Origin: Carpediemonas membranifera BICM
Taxonomy: Eukaryota; Protista; Fornicata
Direction: 5' to 3'
Length of the DNA stretch: 64,000 nucleotides
Assembly (NCBI GenBank): GCA_019828565.1
Contig: JAHDYR010000015.1
Coordinates: forward strand, 861,996 to 925,995
The position numbers were made by a program, and so were the translations under genes. How positions within the stretch are numbered: the stretch's first letter is position 1; each line of letters opens with the position of its first letter. Below, in pieces: positions 1 through 9,862 of the stretch. The notes beneath the pieces were generated by a model that ran no database searches, was not told the origin of the DNA, and saw only the letters and a list, made by a program, of their open reading frames with translations.

Positions 1-2
1 AT

Positions 3-1083
3 GTACCACCACTGGCATCTTACGCAGTAATCGAAGACGAGGACGTATTTACCAGGTTTGCCTTCATTTTACCACTCACACAGCTTCATGATGCTTCACA
101 CTAGTTCACTAGCCACAGTAGAGAACATTCCTGCCCGTGTACAGATGCACAAGGCTGTTATCACGATTATCGACGAAGAAGTGGATGACTTGTCAGAGCA
201 AATCCAAGAAACGCTCGCCGACATCCGCTATACTATCGTCACTCAGTGCGTACTTGCACAATGTGAGAACGGCGACCATGCTGCCGCCCTCACCACCGCA
301 GAACAGGCCGGGGAGCCAAGGCCTGGTCGCCCCCATGACTCCCTCCGCCTGGCAGTTTACAAGGCCGCTGCAGCCCTGCAATGCAATGATAAGCGGCTTG
401 TCAAGTATGTAGAGGACGCGGTGCCTGCTGTGTCGTCTGGGGCAGACCCAAGAGCGATGCCCGACCTCGCATTCGTTGACAAACTTTTCGTCGTGACTCA
501 GGCGGCTTCTCAGGCTCTAGAGTCTGCAGAAAAGTTTGTCTCATCTGCCACAGACTTCTTGCGCTTCGGAAAGACCCGGGGCGCCGTCTCTGAGCGGATC
601 CGCCATTGTTTCCCCATATTCCGACACGCCACCGCCTTCGCCGCAGTGCTCGCCGTTCTGTCACCCCAATCCCTGCTCCAGTCCCGAGTACTAGCCAACC
701 CCACTGAATTCCACGGCCCCATCGCCTCTGTTGTCTCAGAATTCACCGGCAGATCAATCATGCCTTCCACCATCCCCACTACCGTCACTGAAGTGTGGCC
801 GGCCCTGGATCAGCACCACGACCTCCCTGCCCTCTTCCACGAGTCCGTTGCTGAGAGAAACATTGTTGCAATGAGCAAAGTTTTCAAGACTGTGGGAGTT
901 GAAGCCATGGCCTCGGCCCTGGGACTTGGCAGGGATACTCTTGTGGCTAGGTTGAGTAAGATGGTGAGAGACGGTCGACTTGAGGTGCGTATAGACTTGG
1001 GTTGCGGAGTCGTTCGATTTATTAGAGTGACTCACGAAGACTGGGTGAAGCGGGTGAGGGTCGGGTTGACTGGCATGATGTGA
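3..1083 (+). CDS. PCI-domain protein (CSN1/Rpn7-like), 5' partial, intron 56-83
   Basis: C-terminal winged-helix-like motif ALGLGRDTLVARLSKMVRDGRLEVRID. The 28-nt intron GTTTGC..ACTCACACAG restores an open frame to the window start. Confidence 0.6.
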
Positions 1084-1136
1084 GCAGATATACGTGTTAT
1101 GTAAAGCTCTACCGGAAATTTACAGCGAATTGCTGG

Positions 1137-1978
1137 TCAATTCTCAGCGACTTTTTGAACCAGCACCAGACCCGCCCTGACGGCTGGAATGCTGAACTTC
1201 AGCTTGTCCTGGTCCACCGTCCGCACGAGCACGTAGTCCTGCGCCACGGTCACAATCTGGCCAGGGTAAGAGACGGGGTTTGTGTAAGGCCCGCCGACCG
1301 TCTCCCGGAGCTGGGTGACGATGATGCTGTCGCCCCTGGAGAACCTCTGGCCGCAGATCATGAGGTCCAGGCCCCTCTTGTCCGAGGTGATATATACAAG
1401 CTTCTCGATGGCGTCAAGATCGGGCTCACCACTTCGAATAGCCTTGAGGTCCTCGCGGATCTCCGTCTGGGGAAAGGGATCGATGCTCACCCATTCCTTG
1501 TAGGACTTGGTAGTTGAGCGGGTGGACCTGCGCCGTGGCGCCTCTTCCTCTGCGGTGGCCTTGATGGGCACTTCAGGCAGAGCCTTCCTGAAACTGTACT
1601 TATGGAGTTCATCCGCATACGCACGACGACTTTCGTTGATTTGCTGGAGAACTACGTTCTTCACCTGGTTTCTGGAAGTGTCGTAGTCCTTATCGATGGC
1701 CTTCCGCTCGGTCTGATACTGTCTCATGAGATTTTCAGTGTCAAGCTTTTGAGAAAGATCGAGAACTGCCATTTCACGGTCGTACTCGTTAGTAGCATCG
1801 TCAATCATGTTGATGAGTTGCTCTGCTGAATGCTGTGTAACAAGATCGTTTGGCGACATACGTTCATGATGGCTTCCACTTGCTCTGTGATCGCTTTGCT
1901 GTACTTCTCGAACAGCTTTCTCTGAAGCTCAGCAATCTGCTTCTGCTTTTCTTCATCGTTGCTCGTCGATTCGACCAT
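1137..1978 (-). CDS. Sds3-like (Sin3/HDAC complex) coiled-coil protein, intron 1833-1861
   Basis: Coiled coil followed by EIREDLKAI, resembling the Sds3-like family. The 29-nt intron GTATGT..TTACACAG joins a 39-codon first exon in frame. Confidence 0.5.
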
Positions 1979-2304
1979 TCTTATCTACCATCGTTGATGG
2001 AGTCAATTTCAGCCATATCTCGATCAAATCACGAAATCGCCGAAGTCGCAGATGAGGGTCAACAGCCACTACTTGCATCCTGCCAGTGTCATTGTGGGCA
2101 TACACTTTCATGACCTTCGTTCGGTGACGTTGCCGACCTGCAAAGAATTTTGCCAACTGAAATGTAGTTAGCAAGACTTGGTGGAACATGTGTGCGAATA
2201 CCGCATGTTGGCCACGTGAGCAGCGACTGACATGGATTCTGGCAGAGTTCGTTCCATGAAAAACTTTAACACAGTCTAACTAGCACTATATCTACCACCT
2301 CTAC

Positions 2305-2781
2305 TCACCCCTCGACCCATCGCGGCCTGATTCCGCCCGTGGTGACGGCGCGCATGCACAAAGCCTCCACTTTCGTCCGGATGTCGTCAAGAACCTCATC
2401 GCTCACACGTGCATGGGACCTCTCCTCCTCGAGAAGGCGGGAGAGCCTGTCGATCTGATCTTGGGTCGGGAGGTTGTCTGCTGTCTCTTGGAGGACGGCC
2501 AGGGTCTTGCTTTCTTTCTCGATGGCATCGGTGAGAAGTTTCACTAAATCCTTTAGCCCGCTGGTATGTTGAGCCAAGGAGGCCAGAAGAGGACTACTGA
2601 AGTCTGAAGAAACCTGCACAGCTGATGAATATTCGTCAGTACTGGTCTGAGCGGCCTCCGAGAGAAGCTTCTTGGCGCCAGAGAAGGCGGGCTCCCGATG
2701 TACGGGCTGAATCACATGCTTAGTTTGTAGATAATTCTTGTAGTCCACTGCAACGCCCTGGTGGAACTCGTTTAGCGACAT
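2305..2781 (-). CDS. hypothetical protein with C-terminal coiled coil
   Basis: Open 158-aa ORF from ATG with protein-like composition. Confidence 0.5.
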   Translation of the reverse strand: MSLNEFHQGVAVDYKNYLQTKHVIQPVHREPAFSGAKKLLSEAAQTSTDEYSSAVQVSSDFSSPLLASLAQHTSGLKDLVKLLTDAIEKESKTLAVLQETADNLPTQDQIDRLSRLLEEERSHARVSDEVLDDIRTKVEALCMRAVTTGGIRPRWVEG

Positions 2782-2961
2782 AAAGCGTTGGCTCAAGATA
2801 TTGTCAGATTTGACCCTGAAATGAAAACCGACGAAATTTCGGCCTACGCTGCTCTATATGCCTCATGTATGCTTGTATCCTCACTAATGCAAAATTTCTG
2901 CCCTAATCATTTGATTTGTTGTGAACTTCGGATTTGTTCTTCTGGGCTCTTGGCTGGAGAA

Positions 2962-4527
2962 ATGACAGTAGAGCGTGTCCGAGAGCTTCAATCAGAACTA
3001 CACAAGGTATCTCGCGATTACCATTTCACCCAAAAGAGTCTTGAGCGGAGCCAGGAGCTTCGCCAAGGCCTGGAGGCCGAAGTCAACGAGCAGGTGCGTG
3101 ATCACACCCCCAGTACACTAACACAGAAGACTTACATTCGCAAGATGGAGCAGAAGCTCTCCCGCGAGGCCCAGCTGAGCGGTCTCAACAAGGCGACCAA
3201 CAAGCTTCTCAAGCTCCAAGAGCAACAGCAGCAGGACCGGCATGTCATCCGGGCCCAGGACGAGGAGATCACGCGGCTCCAGAGGGAGCTGCAGATCGTG
3301 AACGACGCCCTCTGCACCCGTGAGGAAGACCTTGGACTTGACCCAGTTGAGACTGTGGAGGACAGCCTGCTTTACATGTTATCTCAGAACAAGGTCGACT
3401 ACGATAACGCCATGGTGCAGCTTAAGCACGCTGAGGATGACCTTCGTGTGCAAAAGGAGAGGGTTGAGCGTCTCGAGGCTGACCTGAACGCCGCCGAGAC
3501 GGAAAACCAAGAACTACAGGCTGAGGTGGAGGAGAGCAGAGGAGCCTTAGACGCTGAGAAGCGCCGCAGTGCCCAGTACGCCTCCAAGCTTAGTGCCATG
3601 GAGCACGACCTCGACGCGCTTGAGCAAGAGAACGCTTCTCTTTCCGACGCCACCCGCGACTTGCAAACGACTCTGGAACGTAATGAACGTGATGTGGCCG
3701 ACGTTCAATACGACGCCAACTCCCAGAAGGTGCTCTACGACGAGCTGCTCCAGAGATTCGACTCCAAGGCCCAGGAACTGCGAGACTTGCATGAGAAGTA
3801 CGAGACTCTTCAGGCTGAGCACATTGCCGACCTAGAGACGGCAGCGAGCGAGAGAGAAGCGCTCGAGTCCATCATTGATCAACTCCAGCGGGAAGTGGAC
3901 CATACCCGCGAGGACAGTGAGACGTATAGAAGCAGGGTCGAGGACGCTAGACTCAACGCTACACGCACTATGACCGAGAGCGACGACCTCAGACGCGAGC
4001 TGGCCGAGCAGAAGGCGAATGAGACCAGGTTGGAAAGAGAGCTTGATGACATGATGCATAAGGCTGCTGAGTTGCAGGATAGCCTCGAGAAGGAGCGGGC
4101 AGGTAACGAGGAGCAGGCTCGGCGGCACAGGAGGCTTGCTGAGACAGCGGAAGAGGCCACCAAGAAACTGGCGCTGCTTGAAACGCAGGTTAACGAGCTG
4201 AGAGACGAGAAGGACGCCCTGAGGACGGCCAAGAGCCAGCTCCAGCAGACCCTGCTTCGGGAGATCAGGGCACTCCGCACCCCTGCCCGCACTCCGCCCT
4301 CGGCTGTGACCCGGCCCAGCTCTAAGGGCTCGCCTGACAGGGCCTCTGCTGTCTCTTCTTCAGTCGGACCGGCTCGAGCCATGCCCGACTCGGCGACTAG
4401 GGCTATGAACTTGGAGACACTGAGGGCGATGGCTAGTAGAAGCAGGTCGGCCGCCCTGCAGAGTCCGGAGCCCGATCAAATCGTAGAATTTGATGGGGGT
4501 GAGACTCTTGAGGACCTGGCTCATTGA
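2962..4527 (+). CDS. long coiled-coil protein, probable in-frame intron 3094-3126
   Basis: Heptad-rich E/L/R/A sequence; 33-nt GTGCGT..ACTAACACAG intron. Confidence 0.75.
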   Translation: MTVERVRELQSELHKVSRDYHFTQKSLERSQELRQGLEAEVNEQVRDHTPSTLTQKTYIRKMEQKLSREAQLSGLNKATNKLLKLQEQQQQDRHVIRAQDEEITRLQRELQIVNDALCTREEDLGLDPVETVEDSLLYMLSQNKVDYDNAMVQLKHAEDDLRVQKERVERLEADLNAAETENQELQAEVEESRGALDAEKRRSAQYASKLSAMEHDLDALEQENASLSDATRDLQTTLERNERDVADVQYDANSQKVLYDELLQRFDSKAQELRDLHEKYETLQAEHIADLETAASEREALESIIDQLQREVDHTREDSETYRSRVEDARLNATRTMTESDDLRRELAEQKANETRLERELDDMMHKAAELQDSLEKERAGNEEQARRHRRLAETAEEATKKLALLETQVNELRDEKDALRTAKSQLQQTLLREIRALRTPARTPPSAVTRPSSKGSPDRASAVSSSVGPARAMPDSATRAMNLETLRAMASRSRSAALQSPEPDQIVEFDGGETLEDLAH

Positions 4528-5415
4528 GCGGCTTGATGTAACGATAAAGAAACCATGAAGCTGGGGACCCTTGTATCAATACGAGGCTGCTTGCCTGGCA
4601 AGCGGAGGTGTGCGTGATGGAACCAGAAAACAACTGGCAAGACGGCACTTCCGTGCATCGTTTGGACGGAGCGCTGAGGATAGAACCACCGAGTGTGTAG
4701 AAATAGCAGCTCTGAAGTCAGACATGATCTATGCATATGTGCAGTTTATGCGCGTCACCAAAAAAGACAGAATGGGAGCGGGATTGTCCATACCCCCGGC
4801 CAATGGAATGCCTCTATCCTCAAAGGATCCTGAACCTGTTGCTGATGATGGAAGTGAATTTGTTGCTCTCCCGTCGAACAGAGAACGGAGCACATATAGC
4901 ACCTGCTAGAGAGAATAAAGCATCAGAAGTGCGTGCAATGTTACAGCAGGACTCAATGCCGTGTGATCTTCGCGCATATTCGAAAAGATCTGTGAGATGC
5001 AATTCGTGGTAGATTCAGTATGGGATCACAGAAATACGGCAACGCTCAAGCATTGAGGCCAATGCCATTCTTGGCGTGTCGGTTCATGGAGATTAGCTCA
5101 CTGTGCCAGTCGTCAGATGCTTGCGTCAGACGGTGGCGTCAAAGTCAACCGTGAGACTCCCGAGTCTTGGTCAACTGATGATCCTTCTGGCCGCTCATGG
5201 GATGTCATTGGCCCAGCTACATCCAAGTGCGTGACTCAGTCTAGAGGTCATTCGTGGATCAGCCAGTTGCGGGGATAACTGGGGCGACAGGGATGAGGAT
5301 GCCATGCCGCTGGCTGATATTTGGCTATTGGTGAGTAGTCCTTGTGGTAGTTGACAACCATGTCGGCTGGTTCCCTCTGACAGAAGCGATTTGCCTTATC
5401 CTGCGTACTGACAGC

Positions 5416-6364
5416 ATGCCGGACAAGGATTACGAGATCGAACGCGTCATTGGGCAAGGTTTGTGGACGCCCACGTTTCATATTGCTTACATATGCTCAT
5501 TTGCTGTTGTATTCGAAGTATCTCGTTCATACAAGGGAGATAGAAAGAAATTTGCTGTTTGTCCCTCCAATCGGAATTATACTGCTAAAACGCCTCCGAA
5601 AACACGACAATATCGTAAGTAGGGAGTGTCTTATTCATTCAAGACTGAAACACCCATGCATTCCCGCATTTCACGGAACCCTCTTCACTCGGGACGTCAA
5701 TGGCGCTCTCTACCTCAATCTTATCATGGAGAGCGTCCCACAGACGATCAAACCACTGCTCCAAACGCCTGTTACCGGCATCCGTCTCCTCATCATCTCC
5801 TACCAGCTCTTTTCAGCCCTCGCCCACCTTCATTGCCAAGGAACCGTCCACCGGGACGTCAAGCCCGACAACATCCTCTTCAACAAGGACACCAACGCCG
5901 TCTATCTCACAGACTTTGGCCATGCCACACATGCGGGCCGAGCTTCACCGGTCCAGCTCATCCCAAGATATCGCGCCCCAGAGTTGCTGGCAGGGTCGAC
6001 CCGGTACACCGCTGCAGCAGACATCTGGGCAGTCGGGGTCCTTCTTGTCGAGCTTTGTCGGGGTGGGTATCTCTTCCCAGACTGCCCCGACCCAGCTCTT
6101 CAGCTGCTAAACGTCGCCGCCCTATTCGCGCCTAGTGGGAAGCTGGTAGTCAATGACACTGTGATTCCATGCTTGCCGGCTATAGCAATTGAAGACCTCA
6201 TTCCAGACTGTCCCGTTGCTCTCGCCAGAATTCTCGGACGTTGCCTGAAGTGGCATGAGAGAAGCAGGCCGACTGCTGCTGAGATCATCAAAATGCCGTC
6301 CTGGAAGGGGCTGAAGGCCATGGCCCTGGCTCAAGCCATGCCCTGCCCCAGATGGGTACCATAG
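5416..6364 (+). CDS. CMGC/GSK3-like Ser/Thr kinase (5' intron structure unresolved)
   Basis: YEIERVIGQG, YLNLIMESVPQT, HRDVKPDN, DFG, YRAPE and DIWAVG motifs. Confidence 0.75.
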
Positions 6365-6476
6365 CCGGGTTGACCCGGCCTGCCTGCCGTCAGGCAACCA
6401 TCGCTCGTAATAAATCGATCCGCGTTTACATAATCCATCTCTAATCTGCAGTTAATCATATAAATCGGTTGTCCGC

Positions 6477-8387
6477 TCAAAGGAAGTCATCCATCGCCGT
6501 CGGAAGGAGATATTCGTATCTGTTTTCAGACAAGTAACCACCCCGCCGGAGAGAGTTGTCAGGCTTTCCGGCAAGGTACAGCTGGTCCTCGAATCTAAAG
6601 ATCGAGAATTCGTCGTGGAAGTCGACGCTATCGACGCTGATGGGAACCTCGGTAAACGTCGTAATATCACCAGTCCGTCCGATGCCGAGCTGGCCGTTGT
6701 AGTTGCGGCCCGCAATGACCATCCTCTTGCCGTCCATGAGAGCCGTGGCGCAGTTGCCGAACTGCACCCTGTCTGGAGAGAAGCCGGTTGGGAGCTGAAG
6801 CCTGACGAACGAAGCGGCTGCCCGAACATCACCCATGCCGAGCATGCCGTAGTCGTTACCACCAGAGGCGACCGTGCCCGCGGGTGTGACGAGAACTGTG
6901 CGGCCGTGCGTCATAAACAGTGCGGTGACGAGCTCGTCCTTGTGCCACATGGGCAGGCTAGCCTCGTATTTGGCTACAAACGGGCAGGCGGCGAAGGTGA
7001 GGCGGGCGGGCAGGGTCCCGAACCTCTGGGAGCCCATGCCCAGACCGCACTTGATCCCCCAGCCGTAGAGACCGCGAGGGGTGACGGCGATCGTGTGGTG
7101 CTTACTGACGTAAATCTCGACCACAGGCGGGACGTGAACGCGGCGGTACTGGGGCAGGTAGATCTGCCGGGCGTCGTCGACGGCAACACCGGTCTGCTTG
7201 TTCTCGTTGGCTCCTCGGGCAAAGACGCGGCCAGCGTAGTGGCGGGTGAACGTCTTCTTGCCGTAGAGCTCGGCAATATGGCAGACACCGTCCTTGTCAG
7301 CCTGGCGGAAGCTGAAGAAGAACTTGCGGCAGAGGAACCAGAGGCACTTGGCCTCGGGTTCATAGTCCTTGTGAGATTCGATGAAGAGAACGGGGTCCGC
7401 GCCAGCCTGGAGCAGGATGGCCCAGATCGTGCCCTGGAGAAGCGTGTAGAGGCGATCGGGGAGCTCCTCGCCTTCGAGTAGGGGGATGTTCATGCTAAGG
7501 CGGGGGCCGCTGGTGAGAATGCGGCGGGCGTGCTTGATCATGACCGCAGCGCGGTGGTTAGTCACTGTGAGGGTCGCTACAGCGTCGCAGAGGCCTTCGA
7601 TCGAGTCGTTGAAGGCGGCAGGGGAGGAGGCGTCGTCGGCCGGAACGGGACCGCCGAACTGGTGGCGGTACGCGTGCTTGAGGAGCGAGGGGAGGTCGCC
7701 AGACACTGTCTGTGTGTGCTTGACTGCCAGGTGATACGCGGTGGCGAGTGCACGGCGCGTGCTTTCGAGGTTGACTTCGGCAGCCATCGTCTCGATCGTG
7801 TCGAGCAGACCACGAGGTTCTTCTTGCATATCCTCGTCCTCCGGGCTGAGCTCGAGCGTGACAGTGGCCTGAGCAGGGCTGTCGGACGTCGTAGGGTCGA
7901 GGCTGATGTCGCCTTGCACCGGTGAGGCTTGGGCGGACGAATTCTCGTCAAGGTCGAGGCCAAGGATCTCTCTGGCGGGCGAGGGGACATACTCGCTGGC
8001 TGTAGAGGACTCAACAGGGGAGTATGCGCTGAATTCCTCGAAGATGGCTTCTTCTAGGTTGCTTGAAAGCATGGTCAGGGAAGCACATACGTCGCTGAGG
8101 ATGCTGCGAGCGCTAGGCTTCGTGAAATGGATGGTCCGAAGCGCATTCTTAAGTTGCTCCAGTTGTTTGTCGGCGTTCTTCGCCACTTCTTGGACTTCTG
8201 TCCAAGTCTGAACGTTGTTCTGTTTTTGCGGACGGTCCAACGTGTTCGTTGTTGTCCCTTCAGTGAACGTAGGGCGAATGCGGTGCGAATAGGAGAGCAT
8301 TTCCTCTTTCTGCATCCGCTTCGATTCGAATGGTATGATCGTAGAAGCGTATAGGTCACCGCGAGTCTGAATTCGTGTAAGTGCCAA
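6477..8387 (-). CDS. RCC1/BLIP-II-like repeat protein of a lineage-expanded family (start uncertain)
   Basis: GLYGWG, SGGNDYGMLG and AGRNYNGQLG repeats; shares PExKCLWFLCRKFFF with the copies at 17-18 kb and 21-22 kb. Confidence 0.7.
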   Translation of the reverse strand: MALTRIQTRGDLYASTIIPFESKRMQKEEMLSYSHRIRPTFTEGTTTNTLDRPQKQNNVQTWTEVQEVAKNADKQLEQLKNALRTIHFTKPSARSILSDVCASLTMLSSNLEEAIFEEFSAYSPVESSTASEYVPSPAREILGLDLDENSSAQASPVQGDISLDPTTSDSPAQATVTLELSPEDEDMQEEPRGLLDTIETMAAEVNLESTRRALATAYHLAVKHTQTVSGDLPSLLKHAYRHQFGGPVPADDASSPAAFNDSIEGLCDAVATLTVTNHRAAVMIKHARRILTSGPRLSMNIPLLEGEELPDRLYTLLQGTIWAILLQAGADPVLFIESHKDYEPEAKCLWFLCRKFFFSFRQADKDGVCHIAELYGKKTFTRHYAGRVFARGANENKQTGVAVDDARQIYLPQYRRVHVPPVVEIYVSKHHTIAVTPRGLYGWGIKCGLGMGSQRFGTLPARLTFAACPFVAKYEASLPMWHKDELVTALFMTHGRTVLVTPAGTVASGGNDYGMLGMGDVRAAASFVRLQLPTGFSPDRVQFGNCATALMDGKRMVIAGRNYNGQLGIGRTGDITTFTEVPISVDSVDFHDEFSIFRFEDQLYLAGKPDNSLRRGGYLSENRYEYLLPTAMDDFL

Positions 8388-8904
8388 TCGGTCGGCTGAC
8401 GAAAGAGGGGTCTAGCCGACTCTATAGGGTATGGGTAGACCCTATGACCTTCTTCTATTTTTCCGATCAATCGCGATCGCAAAAAATCAAACAGGAGCCA
8501 ATGGAACTGCTGGCGCTCTAGGCGCGATCAAAGATGCCACAGCGCTCCCCCAGGGGCTGTGGGTTGGGTGTAAAATTGTTGTTGATGATCAAGCACAGAT
8601 TCAGGTCGGATCGTTCGATTCGGATCTTGTCTCCCAATATAGAACGATATAGAATGGAGCACAGGGAGGAGAAGAGAAGGGATTAGATACCGCCTGAGAC
8701 ACTCGAGGGGGGTGCTCGCGAGATCCCGAGTAGATCTGACTGAATCAATATCATGACTTGAGAATCTTGAGAGCAGCAGCGCAGGAATGAAATCAGAGGC
8801 AAATGACGCTGATTGGACACATCACTGAGGCCTCCAACGCCGTAGACAACGCAAGCCTTGAGTGATCGCGGGCCTTCATCATCAGATGACACGAAAGTGA
8901 ATTG

Positions 8905-9645
8905 ATGGACGAAGGAAAGCAGGAGGCACGCGCCCGCAGCCCCAAGGCGCAAACAGAGCAAGAAAAGCTAGATTCGATGACTCCAGCTGAGCGTAGGCGC
9001 TATAGGATTCAGCAGCGCGGCAAAGAACGGATGGCACGGCTAACGAACACAGATCCTGCGGGACTACCCAACGACGACGATGAGACGGAAGAAGCTGCTC
9101 GTATTGAGAAGGAAACAATGGAAGCTATCGATAAGATTGCCAAGAACGCCGCCAAAATCGACTTGAGCACATTCACAGCCCTTCCAACGCTGCCCAAGGC
9201 AACGAAGACGACCATCTCTACTCCAGCAACTCCCACATCATCCACTGCGCCTGCCTGCCGCGCTAGGTCATGCAAGTGCAAGTACCTCTCCTTCACTGCC
9301 TCGTGTGCCCGTGCAACTTGGATGTCCGGCCTTCTCGTGCTGTTTATCGTACTGCAGTCAGCATTGGCAGACATCAACAACGGCCGCCCAGTGATATTAG
9401 GCTCTCTTATGGCGCCTCTCCTCTCTCTCTCTCTCGTACAGCAATACGTCATCATGGAGGGTTGGGCCATGTTCAGCAAGGCCTTTGGATGGCTCACTAC
9501 GATGCGGGTCGACCAAGCACCGACCCCCGTGCGTCTGCTGGGTGTGCTGTTTAACGGCATGGTGTTGAGAGCCTGTCTTTTCGTGTGGATGCATATCATG
9601 GCCACTGCTGTAGCCAGGCCGGTGCTCGCCATACTACTGTCGTAG
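8905..9645 (+). CDS. GET2/CAML-like tail-anchored protein insertase subunit
   Basis: N-terminal basic motif AERRRYRIQQRGKERMARLT, low-complexity linker, about 3 C-terminal TM segments. Confidence 0.45.
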   Translation: MDEGKQEARARSPKAQTEQEKLDSMTPAERRRYRIQQRGKERMARLTNTDPAGLPNDDDETEEAARIEKETMEAIDKIAKNAAKIDLSTFTALPTLPKATKTTISTPATPTSSTAPACRARSCKCKYLSFTASCARATWMSGLLVLFIVLQSALADINNGRPVILGSLMAPLLSLSLVQQYVIMEGWAMFSKAFGWLTTMRVDQAPTPVRLLGVLFNGMVLRACLFVWMHIMATAVARPVLAILLS

Positions 9646-9862
9646 GGCCTTGAAGGCTGTGTAAACAACAACAACAGTAACGCCCAGCTACTCGGCTTTG
9701 ACTGGAAGATGTATTCAAGGAAGGCGGGGATAGAGCGGAGAAAAGACCGAGGCCAGCTATATGTATGTATCCATGTCCATTTGTCACTCTATCGCTGTGG
9801 TCGCGCGCTATCAGTTCGATTCCCGCAGAGTCGCCGCGAGTCGGCCACTGAGGCCATTTGCA

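Noticed and set aside
4571-5300. Possible gene between the coiled-coil gene and the kinase
   Set aside because: Short overlapping ORFs, with no motif or splice model I can support.
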